DNA of 64,000 bases from sequence record PZ445487.1. One strand, written 5' to 3'. Below, piece after piece: positions 18,793-29,107 of this stretch (its first letter is position 1; every line of letters begins with the position of its first letter). The stretch comes from a phage. The notes below the pieces were generated by a model that was given only the letters and a program-made list of their open reading frames with translations, made no database searches and was not told the origin of the DNA. Made by a program: the position numbers and the translations under genes.

Positions 18793-20220
18793 ATGATGCT
18801 TCCTCTTTTAGAAATAATTCAAAATCTTCGCGATACCAAAGGCACCAACGCCAAGAAAGCTGTGCTGACCGAGGCGTTCAGAAACAACCCAGAATTGGTT
18901 GATTTCCTTCAATACGTCTACGATCCGATGCGTTCTTATTACCGCACTCAATTCAATCTAAACGCATTCCCTCGCATGCTCTCGCGCGGCGTTGTCGGTA
19001 GCTGGGATCAGGTTTATGACGTTCTTGATATGATGGCCGAACGCAAGATCGGTGGGATGAAGGCAGATCAAGAACTTGCGAAGGCCGCGACCAACATCCA
19101 TCCGGATTACCATACCCTGATACAAATTATACTCGACAGAGACATCAAAGCGGGAATTGCCGAGAAAGGTATAAACGCAGCATTCAACGCAGCAGGTGGT
19201 ACAGGGCGTCTGATTAATATCCTTCCATATCACCGTTATGATAACATGACGATTGACTTGCTGAAGAAGATGGACTTCAAGCGCGGCGTCTTCAGCCAGC
19301 TGAAGTCAGATGGCATGTTTGCCAACATCATCTGTCGTTATGGAAGAGACCCAGAGATTCGTTCTCGTTCCGGTTCTCTTATTGCGGGTGGTTCCGTTGA
19401 TAACCTATCATTGGTTTTCAAAGACCTGATCTACGATGCGGGGATTGGTGAAAGCGTCTTCCATGGTGAACTGCTCGTCATTGATCTGAAAACGAATACA
19501 GTGTTGCCTCGGGCTATCGGCAATGGTAAGCTCAACAGTGTTATCCAAACGGGTGAACCCCTGGAAGATCGTTACAAGGTGATCTATCGGGTATGGGACG
19601 TTGTGCCGTATGATAATTGGTTCAATGCTCAGCGTGTGGACACCCCATATGAGCGCCGTTTTGATATCATACAACAGTTGTTCGAAGGGGATGACGGACT
19701 GGTTCAGGTTCAAGAAACCCGTGTTGTTCATTCATTTGAAGAAGCTGTCGAACACTTCAAAGACGCTTTGGCTCGTCGGGAAGAAGGCACGATTTGTAAG
19801 GCCGCAGATATGCCTTGGGAAGATGGAACATCATCTGAAGGGTTAAAGCTAAAAATGGAAGTAGAATGTGACCTTGAAATCGTTGGCTTCAACGAGGCCG
19901 ATAAGAAAGGGAAGCACGCCAAGACATTTGGATCTCTCCTCTGCAAGACCTCTGATAGCCTCTTAGTTGTTGGCGTATCGGGGATCTCAGATGAGTTGAG
20001 ACTACGAATGTGGGAAAACCAAGAGGACTTCATTGGTAAGATTGCCGCCGTGCTCTCTAATGGCGTACAGGATAAAACCGATGACGCCATGAAGTCTCTA
20101 TTCCTTCCACGTCTCGTTGAAGTACGCACAGACAAGAAAGTCGCTAATACACTGGCTGAAGTCTATGCTATCCAGAAAGCATATATCGAAAATATTTTGG
20201 TGTTGTTGGAAGCGGCATGA
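18793..20220 (+). CDS. 30: ATP-dependent DNA ligase (T4 gp30-like)
   Basis: N-terminus LLEIIQNLRDTKGTNAKKAVL parallels T4 ligase; adenylation motif KSDG; GGAG RBS. Confidence 0.85.
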   Translation: MMLPLLEIIQNLRDTKGTNAKKAVLTEAFRNNPELVDFLQYVYDPMRSYYRTQFNLNAFPRMLSRGVVGSWDQVYDVLDMMAERKIGGMKADQELAKAATNIHPDYHTLIQIILDRDIKAGIAEKGINAAFNAAGGTGRLINILPYHRYDNMTIDLLKKMDFKRGVFSQLKSDGMFANIICRYGRDPEIRSRSGSLIAGGSVDNLSLVFKDLIYDAGIGESVFHGELLVIDLKTNTVLPRAIGNGKLNSVIQTGEPLEDRYKVIYRVWDVVPYDNWFNAQRVDTPYERRFDIIQQLFEGDDGLVQVQETRVVHSFEEAVEHFKDALARREEGTICKAADMPWEDGTSSEGLKLKMEVECDLEIVGFNEADKKGKHAKTFGSLLCKTSDSLLVVGVSGISDELRLRMWENQEDFIGKIAAVLSNGVQDKTDDAMKSLFLPRLVEVRTDKKVANTLAEVYAIQKAYIENILVLLEAA

Positions 20221-20224
20221 AAAT

Positions 20225-20271
20225 CGGGGTTCTTCGGAACCCCCATTCAATAAAGACAGTAGCAGTATAAT
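20225..20271 (+). promoter_or_regulatory. terminator hairpin followed by TTCAATAAA N14 TATAAT promoter-like element
   Basis: CGGGGTTCTTCGGAACCCC hairpin then ATTCAATAAAGACAGTAGCAGTATAATT; approximate. Confidence 0.45.
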
Positions 20272-20298
20272 TCCAAGAAATCATTACCAGGTGTTATT

Positions 20299-20562
20299 AT
20301 GAAACTTATTGATAAGAAACCAAGGAAAGACAATGATTCTCTTAATCTCATAAACATTATGAGGGAATTGGGAGTTTCTGAATTACAGATGATGAAGATG
20401 ATGAATTGTTCTGACGTTGTCTATAATTGGACAAACGGTTATCGTCTTATCCCAAAATCTTTTCGGCGTTTTATTCTGGCGTTGGTTTTTATTCACCGAC
20501 AAGGGAAGACAGAAGAGTTTCAACGTTTCGTTCGCACAGAGGAGAGATCACGTGGTTGGTAA
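20299..20562 (+). CDS. small protein, possible helix-turn-helix
   Basis: 87-aa ORF with AGGTG RBS. Confidence 0.4.
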   Translation: MKLIDKKPRKDNDSLNLINIMRELGVSELQMMKMMNCSDVVYNWTNGYRLIPKSFRRFILALVFIHRQGKTEEFQRFVRTEERSRGW

Positions 20563-20716
20563 AAATCCGCCGTCATATGCCAAGATTGGAATTGCTTTTC
20601 GAAACGCCATTCTCTTTATAAAGGAGAAAGGCTTGGTGACGGAGTTCAATCAGTTCTGTTCTGAACGCCGCAGATTACAGAAACAGAAAAGCAGGGAGAA
20701 ACGCCATGATAACTGA
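20552..20716 (+). CDS. small basic protein (GTG start)
   Basis: GTG preceded by GGAGAG; fills the 20563-20705 gap; low confidence. Confidence 0.25.
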   Translation: MVGKNPPSYAKIGIAFRNAILFIKEKGLVTEFNQFCSERRRLQKQKSREKRHDN

Positions 20717-21368
20717 GTGGGAGAAAATGCAATACGAACGTGCATTTAACGTTTATTGCATATATATGGCGATCAAGTTGCATTTCACCACCAAAGATTT
20801 TGATTATGGCCTGTATGGGCCGATGAACAATTACAAGTTTGAAACGTTCTATTCTAAACAGGGTGTGGCCAAACAATTTGCCAAACTTGCTCGTCGGTTT
20901 GAATCTTCCCAGGGTGAAGTGGTGGAAAATTATATCATCGCCAACTTTGTTAAATCACCAAAAACATGGGTGACAACATTACTCACCCGTCAGGCTCAAG
21001 AAAATTATAATGAATATCGCCGCCTGTATGACAACTTCTCATATAATTTTCTTGAACATTTTGAGAGATATATGATCCCTGAGATAAAAGAAAGAGGCGT
21101 GAATTTTATCCAATATATCAAAGGAAATGGTAATGGGCATCCACCTTTACTGACAGATATTATTGTTAAACGCTATCCAATTTGGTTTCTAGTTGGATTG
21201 AATAAAGTAGTGGGGTTCATCCATTTATATGATACAATACTCAAGGATGACATCTATTGGAACTCTGAGTCCTTTTTATTAAAGAAAACCAATTCAGTTG
21301 TTCCTGATGAAAACACAGAATACACAAAAGGAAAACTCCGTGAGCTAATCCTTGCCCACGGAATTTGA
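20706..21368 (+). CDS. helicase loader (T4 gp59-like)
   Basis: AFNVYCIYMAIKLHFTTKDFDY, FAKLARRFE and NEYRRLYDNFSYNF parallel T4 gp59 segments; 220 aa vs 217 aa. Confidence 0.5.
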   Translation: MITEWEKMQYERAFNVYCIYMAIKLHFTTKDFDYGLYGPMNNYKFETFYSKQGVAKQFAKLARRFESSQGEVVENYIIANFVKSPKTWVTTLLTRQAQENYNEYRRLYDNFSYNFLEHFERYMIPEIKERGVNFIQYIKGNGNGHPPLLTDIIVKRYPIWFLVGLNKVVGFIHLYDTILKDDIYWNSESFLLKKTNSVVPDENTEYTKGKLRELILAHGI

Positions 21369-23309
21369 TTACCAATCCCAGAGAATGCGCCCTGTATCAG
21401 TACGGTTGGACGGCTCCAACTGTGAACTATTGAAGTTGTTCGTCGTACTGACTTTCTTCGAGTTGTCCACATTTTGTTGTACTGGAACCACAACACTGGC
21501 TGGCGGGTTAGCATAGGCGGATTTAACTTCTTCGATGTTATTGGCTGCTCTTCCTTGAACCGGATAAGCCCCGCCCAGAGTACCTCCCCCAATCCCTGCG
21601 TATGCGTCTTTCAATTGTGAAGTTCTATCCGTAACGTTGACAGCGTCTGAGGACACCCCAGAAGGCATCGGAGTTAACGTGCTGATATTGGCATTGGGTT
21701 GTGCTGGTGATTGGCTGCTTGGCGGCGTAGACGCATTCTCAGGAGCCTTATCGTCTTGGCTGATTAGCATAGACTGTCTTGCTTCCGCCATTTTGTTCCT
21801 GGCTGCTTCACCACCCAGAGCATCAGGTATGATACTCACGAATTTATCCACGATATCAAACATGGCATTGGTTATGGCATTCAACATATTAAAGAATGGT
21901 TTCTTCACGTTTTCCGCAAATCCTTTCTTCATATCTTCAACGACTTTATTTGCAGCCGCCATGCCATCATCAATCAATCCCGATATCCCGCCCGTTACCC
22001 AATCAACCAATTTTATCAATTGGCCTTGTAAGTTGTCTGCAAGTTTACCAGGGATTTCGGTCAGTGATGTACTCTTCCCGATACCCGCAAACAAATCGTT
22101 GGTGACCCAATCAACAATCGAGTTCAACCAACGCACGGGCGCTTCGGTCATTTTCAGCACTTGTTCACGGAACGCCTTTCCAAACCCAGCATTGTTCCAT
22201 CCGAATATTTCAGCAACCCAATCAGCGAGATCCCCGAAACTACCGACCAGCTCTGTTATCCCTGCCTGAACCCGATCAACGATCGATACTTGCGCTTTAC
22301 CAAGGATTTCTTTAGCATTAAAGAAACCTTTACCGAATTCAAATACAGATGTTATTAACGCCAGAGGTCCAACTCGAAGCATCTTGGTTGCTGCTTTCAG
22401 AGGCGCAAGTAACCCGCCGATCCCAGCACCAAACCCCATGAATAATTTAATGAAGCCACCAACAAGTTTTAATGGGGACATCAGGAGTTTTAACGCACCC
22501 AGTCCAAGGAGTGCCCCCAGCGCCGCGCCTAACCCAGAAGATTGACCATCTTGTTTAGGCTCAGACGGAGGGATAGAACCAGCCTCTGGGTTGTTCTTGT
22601 TTTCCTTACCTTCTTCGCCACGACGGAATTTCTCTTCTTCTCTATATTTTTGATCACTTTCATAGATACGTGTCAGAGTATCATTAAGATCTTCGTTCAT
22701 GTATCCCAATTTGTCATCAATGCTGTCGAGGCGGGTAACAGTTTCGTTACTGGCATCTTTATTGAAATCCAGCGTGTCCTTATGCGTTTGAAGCATTATG
22801 TCAGTCAGGTTTACGATCTCCCCTCCGACCAACGCCAGCTTATCCTTTAATCCATCAAGGCGTTCAAGACTATCTTCGTTGGCCGCGCCCAATTGATCTG
22901 ATATCATGTCAAGATATTCAACAGACATATCATCAACAGGACCATTCGCCGCTTCGCCAAATTTTTCTATTTTGGTTGCGATTCGCATCAGTTCTTCATT
23001 TCCGTCCTTGGAAAGGCTGACGGTGTCTTTCATCCAAGTGCTGTAATCCCTTGTGAAAATAGGACTGACGCGGACAAACCCACCAACAATATCATTCACC
23101 GATGGGAATTTAATTGGCGGGACTTTCTGCTCCTGATTAGACGCCTGGCGTGTCTTCAGAGATTGCAGTTGTTTGTTGACATCTGCGAGCTGTTTATTCG
23201 TCTCGGATTGGGCGCGCAATTGCTTGCGCTCCATCATTTCTTTTTTGATTTTATCCAAAACCTTGACGATGTCTTGCTGCCCTGGTGTCGGTTGATTGTT
23301 ATCTGCCAT
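21369..23309 (-). CDS. putative tail tape-measure/baseplate hub protein (gp29-like)
   Basis: 646 aa; N-terminal coiled coil, long Gly/Ala/Leu-rich hydrophobic segment, S/T/P-rich C-terminus; position relative to ligase as in T4. Confidence 0.4.
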   Translation of the reverse strand: MADNNQPTPGQQDIVKVLDKIKKEMMERKQLRAQSETNKQLADVNKQLQSLKTRQASNQEQKVPPIKFPSVNDIVGGFVRVSPIFTRDYSTWMKDTVSLSKDGNEELMRIATKIEKFGEAANGPVDDMSVEYLDMISDQLGAANEDSLERLDGLKDKLALVGGEIVNLTDIMLQTHKDTLDFNKDASNETVTRLDSIDDKLGYMNEDLNDTLTRIYESDQKYREEEKFRRGEEGKENKNNPEAGSIPPSEPKQDGQSSGLGAALGALLGLGALKLLMSPLKLVGGFIKLFMGFGAGIGGLLAPLKAATKMLRVGPLALITSVFEFGKGFFNAKEILGKAQVSIVDRVQAGITELVGSFGDLADWVAEIFGWNNAGFGKAFREQVLKMTEAPVRWLNSIVDWVTNDLFAGIGKSTSLTEIPGKLADNLQGQLIKLVDWVTGGISGLIDDGMAAANKVVEDMKKGFAENVKKPFFNMLNAITNAMFDIVDKFVSIIPDALGGEAARNKMAEARQSMLISQDDKAPENASTPPSSQSPAQPNANISTLTPMPSGVSSDAVNVTDRTSQLKDAYAGIGGGTLGGAYPVQGRAANNIEEVKSAYANPPASVVVPVQQNVDNSKKVSTTNNFNSSQLEPSNRTDTGRILWDW

Positions 23310-23319
23310 TTGTCACCTC

Positions 23320-24708
23320 TCAGACCTTCTGGGCTTGTCCTTTCTCTATTGGCGTCGGAGTTGGTGTAGAAGCCACAGTTTGACCAGTCTGAGGCGGTAA
23401 GACCTTCTGGATCATACTATCTTTGGCAATCTCGGCGACGCATTGATAATCATTTGTCAGGCGTGAAATCTTATGGCGTATCTTTGTGACGATATAATGG
23501 CCTGTTGATAACTTACTTAACTCGGCAATGTTTTCATTAGATTTCGGGCGGTTCGACAAATCTTCAATATAATAAACCTGCCCAACATTCAGACGGTTAT
23601 CCCCCACGACCAGCAAACGCATAACCGTTGACGCGAGGCTGAATTCTATAACGCGTCGTGCGTAATCTATTTGTTCGGCACCATCCGGTTGCGCTTCAAT
23701 GTACCTAACGTTCTCGCGGTCGAATTGATCAGAGAACAAAGGGAAAGGATCAAGGTGAGCAGTGCTGTCAAACCATTCTGAATAAATGCGTTGGGTCGCT
23801 GTCGTGGATTTTGTACTAAAGTCATACACGCGCTCGTTCACTGCCAAGATATCCCGATAATTCGCCATGTATTGATCACGCGCCAGTTTCTTTTCAGCCT
23901 TGATTATAGTCCGCATGAAACGTTCTGAGTTGAAATTGTTATCCTGCATCAACGGCGCGTCTTGAGGGTCTCGGAAGAATTTCTTTTCAATAGAAGCCTC
24001 TTGCTTCTCTTCAGCAGTCATAGACTGGTTGCCCTGGTTGAACAACGTCGACATGCTTTTGAAGTGATAACCCGTAAAGTCTTCATAGAAAACGAATGGC
24101 ATGAATAATTCGTCATATGCACGGCTGGCCATATAATCTATGGAGCGGAGTACAGGCCAAAGAGGGGTAGCGAACCTTTCTTGTATCCCATATGAAGGAT
24201 CTATGTCTTCAAATTTGGTGCGTGAATTCAGTTGCTCAAAGATTTTAGCTGCCATCTCAGAATAAGAACCGCTTAATCCAACAGATTTACGCAACATGCT
24301 ATCTCGATACGCGTCTGTTGTCACCAAGTGCAACCAGAATGCCTTTTTCGAAGAAGAGTTCGATTCGTCAGCAACTCTCCCCACCCGACTGACTCGCAAT
24401 GAAAGCGTAGTGTAGTCGGAAGCCGCAGGTGATTTGAACGATACCACTACTTCCTCACCTCCGAGGATTGGCATTGTATCCAATATATCCCAGCCTTCTT
24501 TGATCAGAATATTAGCTGTCAGCGACGGTGAAGCATTCCCTTCCAGACCAAGATCCTGATATACGTTGAATTCTTGAAACAACGATGAAAGGTCATAAGG
24601 CTTGGGAGTACCGCCTTCAGGCGTGTGCGGTAATATCGCCATATATTTCAAATCAAATGTTGTGGACGGAGTTAAAATTCCGTCCTGGGATTCTTTATTT
24701 TCGATCAT
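23320..24708 (-). CDS. hypothetical protein, possible baseplate hub component
   Basis: 462-aa ORF co-oriented and tightly packed with the gp29-like gene. Confidence 0.4.
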   Translation of the reverse strand: MIENKESQDGILTPSTTFDLKYMAILPHTPEGGTPKPYDLSSLFQEFNVYQDLGLEGNASPSLTANILIKEGWDILDTMPILGGEEVVVSFKSPAASDYTTLSLRVSRVGRVADESNSSSKKAFWLHLVTTDAYRDSMLRKSVGLSGSYSEMAAKIFEQLNSRTKFEDIDPSYGIQERFATPLWPVLRSIDYMASRAYDELFMPFVFYEDFTGYHFKSMSTLFNQGNQSMTAEEKQEASIEKKFFRDPQDAPLMQDNNFNSERFMRTIIKAEKKLARDQYMANYRDILAVNERVYDFSTKSTTATQRIYSEWFDSTAHLDPFPLFSDQFDRENVRYIEAQPDGAEQIDYARRVIEFSLASTVMRLLVVGDNRLNVGQVYYIEDLSNRPKSNENIAELSKLSTGHYIVTKIRHKISRLTNDYQCVAEIAKDSMIQKVLPPQTGQTVASTPTPTPIEKGQAQKV

Positions 24709-25301
24709 TTGGTCAGCTCCTGTTCTAGCTGATTAACAAAGGAAGAAACATAATCTGGGTCTAGAACCTGAATATTCCGTTTGGCTTCGTTTTTGTTTAT
24801 AGCATCATCATGATATGTAATACCTGTCAGGCCATAGTTGGCGATAATCGTGGAATCATCCATAGAACCAAGGCCATATGCTAAACGTATTGCTCTAGGA
24901 TCTGTTTCATGACCGAATTCGTCAACGTAGTATTTCACATCCCACATTCCGTCAAGGCCGTATCGAGCCGTCAGTTCTTCAATGATACGGCGCTCTGGTT
25001 TTGGCCAGTCCTCTGTGATGTCCATGATACCATTGATAAGACATGGGATCCAAAACAGCTCGAAGGAACCGTAGACGCGTTCGGCAAAAGACCTTGGGGT
25101 TTCCCCATCGAAAACAGTATACGGCAGGAGAAGCCCTTCTATGTCCCTAATTTTCTTAACAACCATAACCCGTCGTGTTAAGTTCTGCAACAGGACTTGG
25201 TCATCCTCTTTGACACCAATTAATTGATGCCACACGAGTGGAAATTTCTCAAAATATTTCATGGCATCTTTCTCCTTAGAAGCTGTCGCCTTCGGTATCA
25301 A
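24705..25301 (-). CDS. hypothetical protein, possible baseplate hub component
   Basis: 198-aa ORF with ATGA overlap to downstream gene. Confidence 0.4.
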   Translation of the reverse strand: MIPKATASKEKDAMKYFEKFPLVWHQLIGVKEDDQVLLQNLTRRVMVVKKIRDIEGLLLPYTVFDGETPRSFAERVYGSFELFWIPCLINGIMDITEDWPKPERRIIEELTARYGLDGMWDVKYYVDEFGHETDPRAIRLAYGLGSMDDSTIIANYGLTGITYHDDAINKNEAKRNIQVLDPDYVSSFVNQLEQELTK

Positions 25302-26244
25302 AGCGGCCTTTGTGCAACGGTTCTAGTTCTATAAACGTCATGTCGATTTGTGTCGACACGATGCTGTCATCTTTGTGTACGGCATATGAAGAGTCAGGCG
25401 TCTCGTTGACAAACATATTTGATAGGACGCAAGTCGATATCCGATGCAACCATTTGTTGCGTTCTCCCTGGACCATGAACGTGATATCAAACGTGGATGG
25501 ATGAAGATAGAATGCGCTGGAATTCTTGTTGTATTTGTATTCTGGATACATGTGCATCTTGAATAAACGGATAATCTCCCGCACCATTTTCGCCTCTTTT
25601 TGCGATCTTGGAGTGAATTTGAATGTGAACGGGATTTCTCGGTTGCGCACCCCTTGGAAAATCATCTCCACATACGGGTTGGTCATCGTACCTGTAAACA
25701 ATTCTAATGTATCATGAGCATTAATTGTCGGCAAGAAAGGAATTGCTTCCGAAGCAGATTGAATGGCCTTTGTTGCCGCAAATCTCCCCATTTCTTTCCC
25801 AACATTCAAAGCATCCCCAAGTTTGAATTGACTCATATCTTGGGCGGCGCGTGATAAGAATTGGGCACCCATACCTGCTAATCCCAACTCGGAGCCGTTC
25901 CAGCCAACGCCATAGTTGGTTGTAATGGATTCGGGCATACACAACACAATTGACTCGTTAGAGCGGACATGACGCGCCCAAGCATATTTGCTAATAGAAC
26001 CCGATTTAGAACCGTAAACCACAGGAGTCTTACCCAATGGATTTTGTATCGGATTTTCGACGGTTTGGGTTGTGGTGTCCCCATATGAAGAACCAGATAT
26101 TCGGTTGATGTTGAATAGAACATAATGGCCGAGGGTTTTACCCCCTGTTATGTCTAATGGATAGACCAATTGCTTCTGAGACTTGGCCAAGCCTTTTGTG
26201 TTCAGAACTTTGATCTTATCGATGGTCGACTTGAAATTCGCCAT
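25276..26244 (-). CDS. hypothetical protein, possible baseplate/tail tube component
   Basis: 322-aa ORF. Confidence 0.4.
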   Translation of the reverse strand: MANFKSTIDKIKVLNTKGLAKSQKQLVYPLDITGGKTLGHYVLFNINRISGSSYGDTTTQTVENPIQNPLGKTPVVYGSKSGSISKYAWARHVRSNESIVLCMPESITTNYGVGWNGSELGLAGMGAQFLSRAAQDMSQFKLGDALNVGKEMGRFAATKAIQSASEAIPFLPTINAHDTLELFTGTMTNPYVEMIFQGVRNREIPFTFKFTPRSQKEAKMVREIIRLFKMHMYPEYKYNKNSSAFYLHPSTFDITFMVQGERNKWLHRISTCVLSNMFVNETPDSSYAVHKDDSIVSTQIDMTFIELEPLHKGRFDTEGDSF

Positions 26245-26297
26245 GGTCTGAAGCCCTTTAATTAGAATAGAGTGATGACACTATTTAGGACTAGAAT

Positions 26298-26918
26298 ATG
26301 GCTATGTATTTGCAGGGGAAGTATGTTCCCGTAAATCCCAAGAAATATAAAGGCGACGTGAACAAAATAGTATTTCGTTCTTCGCTAGAACTTGTCGCCT
26401 TTAAATTTTGTGATATGAATCCTGCTATCGTCTATTGGTCTTCAGAAGAAACTGTAATCCCTTACATATCTCCGGTTGATGGCCGCGCCCATCGTTATTT
26501 CATGGATTTGAAGGTTTGGACTCGTCGGCAGGATTCCGATGAATTACAAATTACTCTTATTGAAATAAAACCCAAAGACCAGATTAAAGAACCTCGCAAA
26601 ACTAAAACGATGAAGGAATCAACATTCAATAATTCAATGCGCACTTGGTTGGTAAATCAGGCAAAGTGGACAGCAACTAAAGAACATTGCGCAAAGGTAG
26701 GTTGGAAATTCATTATCTGGACAGAAGAACATTTGGTGCCAGGTGAAGACCCAGAAGTTAAAAAACAATTTGCTCTTCGTTCTAAGAAAAAGCGCGAAGT
26801 CGAAATGGAAGATCGACGCCGCGCTCAAAGGATTAATGCGTTGAAAGAGCAAATGAAGAAGGAAACTGCTAATAAACAACCAACGCAATCGGAAGATGAT
26901 GGTTTGTTATTACCCTGA
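26298..26918 (+). CDS. hypothetical protein, possible PD-(D/E)xK nuclease fold
   Basis: FMDLKVW ... ELQITLIEIKPK resembles a D...ExK core; basic C-terminus. Confidence 0.35.
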   Translation: MAMYLQGKYVPVNPKKYKGDVNKIVFRSSLELVAFKFCDMNPAIVYWSSEETVIPYISPVDGRAHRYFMDLKVWTRRQDSDELQITLIEIKPKDQIKEPRKTKTMKESTFNNSMRTWLVNQAKWTATKEHCAKVGWKFIIWTEEHLVPGEDPEVKKQFALRSKKKREVEMEDRRRAQRINALKEQMKKETANKQPTQSEDDGLLLP

Positions 26919-27128
26919 TTTCCTTGGATGTCCAGGGGCAAAGCAAGTTTGTTTGTCCCTGCATATCATCCACCCATCAGCACGGGCTTGTCTAGCACAG
27001 TCTCCCCAAGATTCACCAGCATAAGACTTCATCCCACATCTGGGGTGATGTTCTTGCCAAGCCCAATTACAAGATTTGCATTCAACACACTCACAATACA
27101 AATCGACGGTGTATCCTGCAGTAATCAT
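26910..27128 (-). CDS. small Cys-rich protein
   Basis: 72-aa ORF with CECVECKSC cysteines filling an inter-gene gap. Confidence 0.35.
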   Translation of the reverse strand: MITAGYTVDLYCECVECKSCNWAWQEHHPRCGMKSYAGESWGDCARQARADGWMICRDKQTCFAPGHPRKSG

Positions 27129-27536
27129 TTAGTCACCCAGATGATCATAAATTTTTTGACGGAATTCGTTCCCTTTAGCACAACCTGTAGCCAACAGGCG
27201 AGTACCGCCCGTACCAATAACACTGATGGTCGAAAACTTCAGGATACGGCCTGTAATAGACTGGTCCACCTTAATGGTTTCTACTTTACCAAGACGGAGT
27301 TCATCAGCATCACGACGAATAAATCCCCGTTTGACAATAACACGCTTGTTGGTGACTGCGAATTCAGTTGTCAATACATTTAAAATTGTTGGTATCAGAA
27401 ATAACAAACTGAATCCAAATGTTGGGATAATCGTTAAAATAACCAGAACATAAATCCAAAAACCGCTCCACCAAGTCGGGCGGGTGAAAGCGATGACATG
27501 TTCATTTTCGCCGAGCATGCGGTCTACATAACGCAT
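27129..27536 (-). CDS. membrane protein with bacterial PH-like domain (DUF304-like)
   Basis: two N-terminal TM helices followed by NKRVIVKRGFIRRDADELRLGKVETI region. Confidence 0.4.
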   Translation of the reverse strand: MRYVDRMLGENEHVIAFTRPTWWSGFWIYVLVILTIIPTFGFSLLFLIPTILNVLTTEFAVTNKRVIVKRGFIRRDADELRLGKVETIKVDQSITGRILKFSTISVIGTGGTRLLATGCAKGNEFRQKIYDHLGD

Positions 27537-27537
27537 T

Positions 27538-28059
27538 TTAATTCCTTACTTTGTCTGGGTTGGATAAGATTTGTTCGTATCCGACTTCGCCTTGATCGTC
27601 GAAAACGTGTTTAAGGATTGCCATATCTCCCACCATCCGGTAAACTTCAATTCCGGAGTTCATCAATCTTTTGATTCCATCCATGATACGATATGGCTCT
27701 TGATAATATACTTTATCGATCTTGCCATTGTCGATGATTTTCTGAGTGCAATCAGGGCATGGGCTATGTGTCACAAACATAACCAACCCTGTGAAATCAT
27801 CTGCATTTTCGGGGATACGCATTAGAGCATTTTCCTCCGCATGAATGACACACGGGTTTGTAACAATTTGCCCGTGTTGTTCCATCTCACAAACATTCGG
27901 CATGCCAGGAGGCGTTCCGTTCCATCCGATAGCCACAGGCTGATCAGTTTCAGGGTTTACGATAACACAACCGACTTGCAGACGCCGAGCATAACTGGTT
28001 ACACCATATGCTGCAGCTGATCGCATATGGGCGAACATCATACGTGGTTTGATAGCCAT
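27538..28059 (-). CDS. cd: deoxycytidylate (dCMP) deaminase
   Basis: zinc-binding HAEENAL and PCPDC motifs; 173 aa. Confidence 0.8.
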   Translation of the reverse strand: MAIKPRMMFAHMRSAAAYGVTSYARRLQVGCVIVNPETDQPVAIGWNGTPPGMPNVCEMEQHGQIVTNPCVIHAEENALMRIPENADDFTGLVMFVTHSPCPDCTQKIIDNGKIDKVYYQEPYRIMDGIKRLMNSGIEVYRMVGDMAILKHVFDDQGEVGYEQILSNPDKVRN

Positions 28060-28376
28060 TATTTTACCAGAGCCTTTTCAAGTAAAAAGATCATGTCATC
28101 CTGGTCGGCGCGGCCAAAGATCTGACCGAGGGATACCATGGAATGAACCTCTTTGACAATCAGGTCTTTGCCTGTTACACCGCTGTTGTCCAATTCGAGA
28201 ATTGTGGACATGCGCTCAACCATATGAGGTGGATGATTGATATAACGTTGAAGATACTTTTCACGCAACGCAATTTTTTCGATAAGATCTGACATTTCTG
28301 CATTCTCTTCTGAATACAGACGTTCTTTAGATTTCAGTTCTTCGAGGCGTTCGTACATTTCTTTTAATGAAATCAT
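28059..28376 (-). CDS. hypothetical protein
   Basis: track ORF 28059-28427 trimmed to ATG with GGGAGAG RBS (MISLKEMYERL). Confidence 0.4.
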   Translation of the reverse strand: MISLKEMYERLEELKSKERLYSEENAEMSDLIEKIALREKYLQRYINHPPHMVERMSTILELDNSGVTGKDLIVKEVHSMVSLGQIFGRADQDDMIFLLEKALVK

Positions 28377-28439
28377 GTTTGTCTCTCCCAATAAATTAAG
28401 GGGAAGTATACCTTCCCCTTTCTTCAATAACCTAAAATA

Positions 28440-28778
28440 TTATTCAGTACATGCTTTACCGAGGTCTGTAAGCCTATAGAATGTTACTTCAGACTTCGGC
28501 CAATGCTTATACTCTTCAGAGTTGTCATGAACCATTGTAAACGCAGGTTCGATCAGACCTTTAGACAACAAGGATTGACCTGAACGCGTATCCCATGGAT
28601 CACCCTTTACAGAACGAAACCCGCCAGATATCGGTGGCGCATGAAAAGTCCAAACCGTTTTCCCTTTATCGTTCGTCCAAGATTTGGGATTGAAATACCA
28701 ATGACAAACACCCTTTTCAAAATTCAACATTCCTAAAAGGACGCAGAGTTGATGTCCTGTGATGCGTGGCTTTTTCAT
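28440..28778 (-). CDS. hypothetical protein
   Basis: trimmed to ATG (MKKPRITG) forming ATGA overlap with upstream gene. Confidence 0.4.
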   Translation of the reverse strand: MKKPRITGHQLCVLLGMLNFEKGVCHWYFNPKSWTNDKGKTVWTFHAPPISGGFRSVKGDPWDTRSGQSLLSKGLIEPAFTMVHDNSEEYKHWPKSEVTFYRLTDLGKACTE

Positions 28779-29107
28779 AAGATCCCCAAGTCGGTAAGGT
28801 AACGATAAAACAAGATTATAGACAGAAATCCAATTAACGCCCAAGACGACAGGATAGGCTTTCCATTGAGCGTGGTCTTCCCATTGGGTATGTTAGGACT
28901 TCCGGTAATAACGACGGAGTCTGTTTTGGCTCTCAGCGTCATGATAGAACCCATGAGAATGATTGGGCGCACATAATACCCTTCATGATTGCGCTTCACG
29001 ATACATGGTGAAGAAAATCGCAGGAACGGATCACCGCTTTTATAACCAAATAACTCGACCTTTTCAATTTCTTCGGGTACTTTCTGACCAGGAAAGAATA
29101 TTTTCAT
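28775..29107 (-). CDS. hypothetical protein
   Basis: 110-aa ORF. Confidence 0.35.
   Translation of the reverse strand: MKIFFPGQKVPEEIEKVELFGYKSGDPFLRFSSPCIVKRNHEGYYVRPIILMGSIMTLRAKTDSVVITGSPNIPNGKTTLNGKPILSSWALIGFLSIILFYRYLTDLGIL

Noticed and set aside
21637-22269. Plus-strand 210-aa ORF inside the 646-aa minus-strand gene
   Set aside because: Shadow ORF produced by the Gly/Ala-rich region of the opposite strand
26298-26918. Considered calling this a T4 baseplate or head-completion homolog on size alone
   Set aside because: No sequence-level recognition; only a possible PD-(D/E)xK motif is reported, at low confidence
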